Program-made: the position numbers and the translations under genes
Assembly: GCA_028534125.1 (NCBI GenBank)
Contig: CM052816.1
Location: 81,532,355-81,596,000 of the forward strand
DNA: 63,646 nucleotides
Source: Lama glama
Lineage: Eukaryota
Reading direction: 5' to 3'
Shown: positions 54,342 through 63,646 of the stretch, piece by piece
Layout of the letters: every line of letters starts with the position of its first letter
Numbering within the stretch: the first letter of the stretch is position 1
The notes under the pieces: model-generated
The model's input: the letters and a program-made list of their open reading frames with translations, nothing else
Databases searched by the model: none
What the model was told of the DNA's origin: nothing

Positions 54342-55142
54342 TAGGAAAATGCAAAAAAACCCACAATGAGATATCACTTCACACCCATTAGGACGGCTAA
54401 ATCAAGAAAACAGAAGTAACAAGGGTTAGTGAGGATGTAAAGAAATTAGAACCCCATGTGCCATTGGTGGGAATGTAATACGGTGCAGCCACTATGGAAA
54501 ACAGTATGGAGGCTCCTCAAAAAAATAAAAACAGAACTCCCACATGATCCAGCAATCCCACTCCTGGATATACAGCTGAAAGAATTGAAAGCAGGGTCTC
54601 AAAGAGATATGCATACAGCCATGTTCATAGCAGCATTATTCACAATAGCTAAAATGTGGAAGCAACCCAAGTACCCATCAATGGATGAGAGGATATGCAA
54701 AATGTATTATACACATATTATGGAATGTGTATAATTCCATGGAATTATTCCATGGAATGGAATATTATTCAGCCTTAAAAAGGAAGGAAATTCTGACACA
54801 GGCTACACCATGGATGAGCTTTGAGGACATTATGCTGAGTGCCATAAGCCAGTCACAAAAAAGACAATTAAATGATTCCGCTTAACATGAGGTACACATG
54901 CACAGAGTAATCAAAATCACAGAGACAGAAATAGAACGGTGGTTTCCAGGGGTTTGTGGGGTGGGGAGTTACTGTTTAATAGGTACAGAGTTTCCATTTT
55001 ATAAGACAAAAAGAGTTCTGGAGATGGATGGTGATGATGGTTATACAACATTAGGGATGTATTAATACCACCGAACTGCATACTTTATAAGGGTTAAGAT
55101 GGTAAATCTTGTATTATTTTACCATAATGAAAAATTTTTAAA
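54342..55142 (+). mobile_element. L1MA/L1MB 3' end
   Basis: ORF 54456-54734 carries the L1 ORF2 Cys-rich C-terminus ([21 protein letters not shown]...PAIPLLDI), followed by a typical 3'UTR. Confidence 0.9.
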
Positions 55143-55579
55143 AAGATGAGGATGGCAAGACTTGCCCTGTCAAACCCATAGAGTTTTAAATAAAAGATGG
55201 TTAAATGAGATAATAGTTACAAAAACAACATGCAGCATACAGAAGGCTACAGAGGTGTAAGGTGTTATTGTTACAATATTGCATCGTGCTGCCCAAGACT
55301 AAAACCAGCTCCTCAGTTTGGGAGTCAGGGAGAGGACTCATCTGGAGAAATAAAATTAACATTTAACATCTCAAAATTTCACATTAGCCAAGTGCCAAGT
55401 ACTTCATCTTCCTTTCTTCTATCTAATACCTCCTGTAAAAAAAAAAACTTTTAAAACAAACTTGCTAAAAAGTTAAATCAGGTTTATTTGAAATTTACCC
55501 CGAGTGCAGGAGACACAAAGTGGCCCCAAGGTGGCAGCAGAGCAAAGAGGTGGAAGGGATAGAGCATCTTGTAGCCTCT

Positions 55580-55692
55580 CGTTAAAAAAAAAAAAAAGGA
55601 ATGTAAATATTTGTATATGTATAACTGAAACACTATGCTGTACACCAGAAATTAATACAGTGAACCAACTATACTTCAATTAAAAAAAAAGA
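55580..55692 (+). mobile_element. Short L1 3'-end fragment
   Basis: gtataactgaaacactatgctgtacaccagaaattaatacagtgaaccaactatacttcaattaaaaaaaa. Confidence 0.8.
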
Positions 55693-56479
55693 ATCATTTA
55701 GTAAAATGCCAGTTTATCTGCTGAGGGAAATATACACAGGGCTTTTAACTCAGTGAATTTCATATTAACCGGCAAGGCATAAAGGTAATATATAAAACAC
55801 GGCAGGAGACTTTGGAATGAGATAGAGGAGGTGACTGTACTGTGTTGTGAATGCAGCAAGTACCACTGAACTGTACACTTTAAAATGTTTAATTTCATGT
55901 TATGTGAATTTCATCTCAAGTTTTAAAAGTATTAGATAAAAACAGTAGAAGATTATCCATTTACCAAAAGAGAAACTTTGGGTTTATTTTTAAGCTTTCA
56001 ACATTTGAGGGTAAATACTTTATAGAAATGCATTCTGTTGTCTTTCATGTATATAAATAAAACTTTGGAACTAACAATTTTATGAGAAAAACTGAACTTC
56101 TTCTGTCCAGAAGTTTTAAATGCTACTACAAGTTCTTACTGGGAATACTAATTCACAATTACAAGAGCTCTTATCTTAATAGATATAAATTATTATGAAT
56201 AAGCCCCCTGGTTTGGCTTTATAAAGTTATTCAAAACTTGCTGGGGTACTTTGAAAAGGAAGGGGTTTACCCATTAGCTGAACATTACATTCTAAAACGC
56301 ATGTGCTAGTTGGAGATAATCACAGTTTTTTTAGGAGGAAGAAAAAAAGATGTGCATTTCTACTTTTTCTAGAAGGTTTATTTTTTTTAAGCCTTCTGCC
56401 TAGAATAGCCATTGTGACTTTATATGTTCTGGCTCTCTTTTTATGTATGTTTATACAAACCACTTGAACACCCATCTTT

Positions 56480-56982
56480 ATAAATACACCTCATTTTATT
56501 GCGCTTTGCAGATACTGCAGGTTTGTTTTTTGTTTTTTTGTTTTTTTTTCAAATTGAAGGTTTGTGACAACCTTGCATCAGGCAAGTCTGTTGGTGCCAT
56601 TCTTCCAACAGCGTTTCCTCACTTTTGTCATATTTTGTGTCTGTCACATTTTGACACTTCTTGCAATATTTCAAATTTCTTCATTATTATTTTTATGGTG
56701 ATCTACGATCAGTGATTTGTGATGTTACTATTGCAAAAAGATTATGACTCACTGGAGGCTCCAGTGGTTAGCAGTTTCTAGCAATAAAATATATTTAAGT
56801 TAAGGTATGTACATTATTTATTAAGACACAACACTACTGCACAATAGACCACAGTATAGTATAAACATAACTTCTATATACCCTGGGAAACCAAAAATTC
56901 ATGTGACTCACTTTGTTGTGACCCTTGCCTTACTGCGGTGGTCTGGAAACGAACCTGCAGTGGCTCCGAGGTCTGCCTGTAT
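56480..56982 (+). mobile_element. Internally deleted Tigger1 derivative (MITE-like)
   Basis: Left end tttattgcgctttgcagatactgc...caaattgaaggtttgtgacaacc is joined to the Tigger1 right end ggtggtctggaaacgaacctgcagtggctccgaggtctgcctg-TA. Confidence 0.85.
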
Positions 56983-57799
56983 AGCTTTGTAAGTCATCTT
57001 AGATTCTTTGCTTTAAGTGAAATTATTTACGTTGAGATTTGTAAACAGTGTTTGTTTCTCTTTCTCTTTGCTGAAGTGGAGGTTATTGAAATTAAAAAAA
57101 ATGAGCAATTTGATAATTCTGGGCCATTCTAACATACTGGTAAACAAGTAGTAGTAACATGAGTAATACTGACTTGCATTTAATGTGGCGCATTATACGT
57201 TTCTAAGTGAACGTATGCCCGCTAATTCCGCGTGATACAAGGGCGTGAGCGGCTGTAATTATACATCGTCATGGCAGAATGTCTGAAAAAGTAAGGATCA
57301 GTCAGAACCGTGACCGCTGGAGGTAATCACTGAATTGTATCTGTTGTAATAAACATGTTAAAACAAACAAACATTGTTATTTTTCATTTCCCTTGGTCAA
57401 TGCATATTAGAATTTGAATGACCTGGGGATTCTTTATCAGAACTATTCTTGTTGAGCATTTATACTTAACTGAAATAATCCCTTAAGGGAGGTTTTGTTT
57501 AAAACCCATAAACAGGAAATTGTGTACAAGAATATTTAATGAAATATGAAATTCAACAAGAATGATTAAGTCACTTCCCAAGTGGCTGTCACTTGTTAAA
57601 CCCTGGTTTACCTGTCTTGTTACTATGACATTTCATTTTGAAGCATGTTTGTGTTGTTGCTAACTGTTCAAGCCTGGTGCTGACCACTGTTCTTAGCCAT
57701 CACAAAACGCTACATTTGTGTAACTGGAGCTTCCTGCTGGTATCTGGAAATGGTGGGAAAGCTCAGCTTTGTATATTGTGTCCTATGTTTGATGGTCAT

Positions 57800-57965
57800 C
57801 TGGATTCTGCGAGATGATCAGGGCAGACAGCACCATCCCTATTTTACGGCCCAGACGACTGCGGTTCAGAAAGATTCAATAACTTGCCCACGGGACCACC
57901 AACTAGTCAGTGGAGAAGCTGTTACCAGACCCAGGGCTTTCATTCACTGGCCTGGCACTTCCCTT
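57800..57965 (-). mobile_element. MIR SINE fragment
   Basis: catccctattttacggcccagacgactgcggttcagaaagattcaataacttgcccacggg...aactagtcagtggagaagctg. Confidence 0.65.
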
Positions 57966-58233
57966 CCATCTGTAACCACCGGTAAGAGAGTGGTTGTATC
58001 TTCAGGCCCCATGATCTTATGACTCAGCACCTGGGCACTTCCCCCCACCACCCTGGTCAGGTGTTAGCAGGCTCCCAAGCGGTCTGTGTATTGAAATGAA
58101 TGACTCTGTTGAAGGATAACCCTTCAATCATTATCCTTTCTTTCGGGCGGATTACCCTGCACTTCACAACACACTCCATGCTCACTCATTCAAGACTCAC
58201 TTAGATCCCAAGTAACTGAGAGGGAGCAGTTAC

Positions 58234-59027
58234 CTTCTCTGCACTTCCGCCTGGCTGATAACCAGTCACGCTCACCCTGATGGAAGCGGCCTGGGCTTTC
58301 GGGTCTGAACCACATGGGTCGCTGGCTCCCTCGGTCAGGTGTGCTGTTTCTGAGCTCCTGGGCCCGGCCTCGGTCTCGAGCCTCTTGAGATGTGGGCTGA
58401 CCCTGGCCACCGGTTTGTGCCTGGACCCCAGGTTGTCCTGATGCTGCTGGAGGGAACTGGGGCTGTCCATGCTCGCCAGCCCCGGGGTGCCTGCCCCGGC
58501 TCTGTACGCCAGTTTGGGTGAACTCTTTGATCCTGACAGTTCCTTCCTTCCCGAGCAGCCAGGACTGCCCTTGCGGGGCTCTGAAGGGGCCAGCAGGTTG
58601 GAAAGGGTGTCCCCCATGCCCCGTGGGATGCTCTCCTGTAAGTCTGGCGAGCTGCCAAGGAGAGGCACTGAGGAGGCCTTGCTGACTGGCTTCTGGAGCT
58701 GTTCCTCTTGGTTGATACCCACAACCTTGGAAGAGGCAGTCAAGACACGTGTAGAGTTGTCCTCTGTCAGAGGCCTGCTGGGACCGGAGAGGGTCCCTGG
58801 CAGGGAAATACAGTCCCCCTCGCCATCCAACTCTTCCTCATCGCTGGCATCATCCTCGAAGCAGCCCACCCTTCTCTGGCGCAGGAGAGGATTTCGGAGG
58901 ACCTGTGGGCTCCCAGGGAGGCTGGCTTGTCTGGCGATTGTCACCTGCTTGTGGAAGAGCCCAGAGGTCCGCTGGCTTCCCAGACACACAAGGCTGTTGG
59001 CCCTGGCTTTTCCTGGTTCCTTGTGAG
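58234..59027 (-). CDS. PDZD2: PDZD2 exon (794 nt)
   Basis: Boundaries ccaccag|CTCACAAG...GAGAAG|gtaact. Translates HKEPGKARANSLVCLGSQRTSGLFHKQVTIARQASLPGSPQVLRNPLLRQRRVG...YQPGGSAEK; coincides with ORF 58201-58989. Confidence 0.95.
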
Positions 59028-60268
59028 CTGGTGGGGGGTGGGGAAAGAAAAGTCAAATGAAATAGCTTCCGGCTGGTGTGGTTTTTAATCTAAGCCTTCT
59101 CATCACACACAAGCGTTTCCACGTTCACAAATGCCAGCTACACACCTTCTGGCCTCTAGACACCAGGCTTGAATGATATGGTTTCTGGGGATCAGCACAG
59201 AGCGGACAGCCAGCTTCCCTCTCTCCTCTTCCTACTGGCCTCCCTTTTTGTGTTTTCATCTTTTTTTTTTTTAACCTCAATCTCTGGATTGTTTAACTTA
59301 AACATGTGTGCTGCTTAGAGACAGAAATGGATAACTTGTCAACATCCGTGACATCTAACACATTGCTGGGTTCAAGCCGAATGCTGCTGCTGAGAACTGC
59401 TTGGTGGGAGGCTGCCCAGGGACCACCGAGTCCCGCATACCTGGGCCTTCCTGTCACCTGAGGTCCTTCCTTCATCTGCAAAAGGGGGGCTTGATTCATG
59501 GGTGCATACGCTCCAAGAGCACAGGGCACTGAAGCCTGAGATTACACATGATTTATAAACTCCAACCTGGGAAGGGAAGGAGAGTGTGGGCTGCTCTGCA
59601 AACTCTTTGCATCTTGTTAAATGTAGTGAAATATTACACGGGCTTCCGCCCTGCAGTGCTCCCATCAGAGACTAGAGGAAGCACATCAGTTGCTCCAAGT
59701 GAGAGGGAAGGTCCCCGTCTGCCTTGCCGGAGATGGGGGTGGATTTGCTTCTTCAGCCATTAGAAATGAACGAAAGGAAACCACCCAGCAAAGTGGGAGA
59801 TCAATCTGGTGTCCGTCGGATCATTATTTCAGATTATACTGAGAAATAATCAATGCGGTTTCATTTAAAAGCTCGTTTGGTAACATTTGCCTCTTACAAG
59901 TTCTGACTTTTTCACTTGCTTCCTTCTAAAGACAACGAAGTTAGGACCCAGTGAGGGGAGGAATTTGGCTAGGATTCCCCTAAAATATAAGGCCATCAGG
60001 TTGTCAGCCATAATCTGATGCCACAAATTTCAAGACTCCACTGTGTAAGTAACATGAAGGTGGGTTTAGCCTCCTTCAACACGCTGGGTACAGAAGTGGG
60101 GGGCCGGTCATTAACAGTGGGATTTCCCAAGAATAAACTCTGAAGGTAGCCGGGGTGGAAAGGTGGCTTCTACTCAGTGAGAGGCACGGTTCCCAGTTCT
60201 CTTTCCACTTCCTAGCACTGTGATATGTGCTCCGTCGTGGCCGGAGTCAGAAAACAGTCCTTGCTTAC

Positions 60269-60425
60269 GGGAGGTGCCGGGCAGCGGGCTGCCATCCACG
60301 GAGGTGCTGCAGCCGCTTCCCGGGGGATCCTCGTCCTCAGAGCCAGCCACCACGAAGTCTGACAACAGGCCTGGGACATCTTGCGCAAAGTACTGGGAGA
60401 GCTCAGAGTCAGAGGTCAGGGAGTC
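60269..60425 (-). CDS. PDZD2: PDZD2 exon (157 nt)
   Basis: Boundaries cttcaacag|GACTCC...ACCTCCC|gtaagc. Translates DSLTSDSELSQYFAQDVPGLLSDFVVAGSEDEDPPGSGCSTSVDGSPLPGTS. Confidence 0.95.
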
Positions 60426-61156
60426 CTGTTGAAGACGACAGTGTTGGATGAGAAAAAAGGTGGGTCAGATGCGGATTATTTTAAACAGTAATTATGTCCT
60501 ATCCTTTCTGGGAACACTTTGTTCCAACCTACGGTCGCTCAAAACAGCTGTGATAGTAAACACCCACTTCCACTTACTTTAGGATGGCTAAATTAAATAA
60601 TGAATGAATTAAAAGGCAATGGTTGCCAGACAATGTTTTTAAGAAATTTTTTTTGGCTATGATCAGAAAAGCCACAGCAGCAGTACACCAACCACCCCAG
60701 GAAAAACACTGAGGGAAGAGAGAGGAAGTAGAACGGAATTCCAAGCCACTGGTCCAGCCGATGGATGAAACAAAACAGCAGGAGAGTTTGAATCCTGTCC
60801 TCCGATCCACTGGGAGTTGGGAACAGCCAGCTGAGAAAGATACACGCTCTCCCTCAAGTTGCAGGTTCCCCCCAAACTGACCCGGGGCCCCCTTTATATT
60901 GGAGCAGCTCTTTTTCAAACTGTAGCTCAGTTTTTTAAAATGTTGTTGCTCTGTTCTTTTCCTGGATGAGTATTTAATAAAAGAAACTCACATTTGTATA
61001 CTTGTTCTCAAATAAGCACTGTTGCTGTTTTCCTGTGTAAAGTGGCCAAAATGACTCACGGACAGAAATACAGGCCGAGCCCTGCTGTTTGACTTATGGG
61101 CTCCAGGAATTGGGTCGTGGGCCGGCTGAGCGAGGCAGCAGTGTGCCTTGACTCAC

Positions 61157-61191
61157 CTTTTTTGCAAGAGAAGGACTCTTCAAGGGGGTAC
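61157..61191 (-). CDS. PDZD2: PDZD2 micro-exon (35 nt)
   Basis: Boundaries ctccaacag|GTACCC...AAAAAG|gtgagt. Translates (G)TPLKSPSLAKK and bridges phase 1 to phase 0 exactly. Confidence 0.95.
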
Positions 61192-62654
61192 CTGTTGGAG
61201 GAAAAAATACACTATGTTGTCAAAACAATGAAGCTTAAGTCCTTCTAAAGAGGCTTACCTCCTTAACTGGAAAAGGAGCCAAGCATATTAAACAAAATCT
61301 TCTTGGCTTGACAGGCAGCGATGGGCTGCGTGCATGGGTACAGGCATGCGTGCAGTCTACTCAGGTACCAGATTCCCATCCCAGCCTGCCTCCCTGGATT
61401 CTGCTCATGCCAAGACCTAATCCAGATGCTGCTGCCTCCATGATGATCCCGTTGGAAGAAACTTCCTCTGAATTTCAAAAGTACTTTATACTATCTGTTC
61501 ACGAATCTCCATATGCATAATACAGTTTAATTATAAGTGGATGCACCTCATTTTTCCTCAACTTTTTACCTGTCACTGATCTGGCCCCGCAGTGCTCAGC
61601 ACCAGGCTCTGGGAAGTGTTCAGTGGTATTTGGGAAATGGATTGAAGGATGAATAAACAAAGGAACACCACCTCCAAAACTCATGAAGAAACCAAGGAGG
61701 GGACTGAATATCTATTTTAGTTTTCAGCTGAAGGACAAAAAGACTCAGCATTGAGATTTTAAATTATATTCCACAAGCAAAAAGTTCTTGGGCATGAGGA
61801 TCATGGCTTAATGAAATCTTTTATAAATGATCGAGTGGATATGTTGGGATTATGAGAGGACAGCATTCAGGCAGGTCAGGAGAATGAGATGGTTGAATAA
61901 AGAGCCCATTATGGCTGTGCTCACTTTCAATATATTAATTATGGATGCAAATAATTAGGGGATTTCATGGTTGCCAAAAAATTGTATGCCTTCCTTTTCC
62001 TCTGACAATCAGTCACTCGTGTCTCAGGTTCCTCCCAACGTCAGTCTTAACATCAGTAACATCTCGAGCTCAGACACGTTTGCCAAGTCCCTCTGGGTTT
62101 CCTTGCTACAGGAAACATTACTCTGCAAGCTTTATGCAAAGTTTCATATTTTAAATTCACCTGAAATTCTTACTAACTCAATCCTTCTCTGCCTGAACTT
62201 CCCACTTAAGAAGGTGGGGAAAAAATCATGATTTTTGCAGCCTATGTTACCCTTCTTAAGTTGAAACTTTTAATTCATGTAAAGAAACCCCAGGTTTTCA
62301 GATGGACTGTACTCTGTGTCTACCAAAACGACTGGTCTTTTTGGTAGCACTTCACTTCCACCTAGAACATTTCAGATGGTTTGTACAGAAACACCTGAAA
62401 TGCTGCTAACTCATTTTGGCAAAGTATCTTAAAGCCGTATAAGAAGCATGCATGGCTGAACTTTAATAGAGCACATTCAGTAACTGCAGAAATCAAAATC
62501 AGCGGCTAAGAGAAAGCATGGAATCTCTGACAGCTACTTCTGCCAAACCTGATAATTACCAAGACTCCAGTAATACTGCGCAGGGGAGTGCCCCCGTGGG
62601 GAACTTAATGAGAAACTCTTCTGAATGTTGAATGAAGATGTGCAATTACAGTAC

Positions 62655-62736
62655 CTGAGCCAGGAGAGGAACTGGCCTCTTTGCTCTCCTGATAAGTGCT
62701 GCGTGCAATCACTTCATCCATTTCCTGCTCAGAAAC
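62655..62736 (-). CDS. PDZD2: PDZ domain-containing protein 2, internal exon (82 nt)
   Basis: Boundaries acaatcag|GTTTCT...GGCTCAG|gtactg. Translates VSEQEMDEVIARSTYQESKEASSSPGS(G). Confidence 0.95.
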
Positions 62737-62913
62737 CTGATTGTCAGCAGAAACCACAAATTAGATGGTTTTATTCCTTTATTTTTCCCCCCCCAATAAA
62801 AGTAGCTAGGACCAGAGTCAGAGGCTGGAACGCAGACAGAGGAAAACTGCAGGGTCAAAGATTATGACCACCCCCTGATGCACTAATGCAGGGCATGTAA
62901 GAAGTATGGCTGG

Positions 62914-63061
62914 AGGGAGAGGGTATAGCTCAGTGGTAGAGGGCATGCTTAGCAGGTTTGAGGTCCTGGGTTCAATCCCCAGCACCTCCATTAAAATAAA
63001 TGAATAAATAAATAAACAAACAAACCTAATTACCTCCCCGCCCAAATGAAAATAATAATGA
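62914..63061 (+). mobile_element. tRNA-derived SINE (camelid Vic-1-like) with 15-bp TSD
   Basis: gggtatagctcagtggtagagggcatgcttagc...gaggtcctgggttcaatccccagcacctcc. TSD aagaagtatggctgg (62899-62913) / aagaagcatggctgg (63062-63076). Confidence 0.92.
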
Positions 63062-63209
63062 AAGAAGCATGGCTGGGTTACAAATTGCTTCAAACAATGT
63101 GTTCAAAACAAGACCTTCAATTGCTTCCCAAGTTCACGAAGCAAAGCTTCCAGCTCTGGTTACCAACAACATGGCTGATACCTGCCTCTCGCCGGACCGC
63201 TCACTTTAA

Positions 63210-63530
63210 ATTCTTTTTCCCTGAACTTTAAACAATTTCAAACCTATGTGAAACTTGCAAGAGTAGCCCAAGAATAGTATACCCTTCACCTGGACTCACT
63301 ATTTTTTAATATTCTGCCACATTTATGCTCATACTGTCTTCACACACACACGCAGCTGTAACTTTTTATAAACCATTTGGGAGTTAGTTGCAGACATCAC
63401 AACCCTTCACTTGTAAATATTTTACCATGTATTTCCTAAAAACAAGGACATTCTCTTTAACCCTGCTACTATTATCAAATTCAGGAACTTTAAAGTTGAT
63501 ACAAATGGCTGTCTAATACATCACAGTCTT
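63210..63530 (-). mobile_element. L1MC/ME 3'-end fragment
   Basis: tatacccttcacctggactcac...gagttagttgcagacatcacaacccttcac...tttcctaaaaacaaggacattctc. Confidence 0.75.
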
Positions 63531-63646
63531 AATATCATCCTTCAGAAACACTATTCAAAGTGTGTTTGTAGACTGGAAATAATTCACCGAGAGTTTGAGG
63601 CCAGCCTGAGATGAGATAAAGATTTTCCTCGAGAATGCAAATCAAC

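Noticed and set aside
62914..62990. tRNA-like sequences with A/B boxes (also at 26160 and 14580)
   Set aside because: They continue into a shared SINE body and AT-rich tail, and one has a clear TSD. They are SINEs, not tRNA genes.

Overview
Mammalian genomic DNA, most likely from a camelid judging by its tRNA-derived Vic-1-like SINEs and L1 3' ends. It is the convergent GOLPH3/PDZD2 locus. GOLPH3 exons 2-4 and its 3'UTR lie on the + strand (6281 to ~22350; exon 1 is upstream of the window). The last 11 coding exons of PDZD2 lie on the - strand (62736 down to 34242, including a 4063-nt giant exon), with a 3'UTR ending near 31560. All exons have GT-AG boundaries and consistent phases. Introns and the ~9-kb intergenic gap are filled with L1, L2, MIR, MaLR/ERVL, hAT and Tigger remnants. 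Items the annotation does not explain: (1) a compact array of short exon-like units with ~70-130-nt introns just downstream of GOLPH3 (22690-24325), split into two divergent halves and weakly resembling the SAGE1/INTS6L/CT45 family; (2) a ~420-bp fold-back palindrome in the last PDZD2 intron; (3) an apparent stop-loss extension of the PDZD2 C-terminus; (4) an in-frame alternative donor just before PDZ5; (5) a 3'UTR-like block inside a PDZD2 intron. Repeat family names and comparisons to human are from memory and were not checked against any database. Repeat boundaries are approximate.
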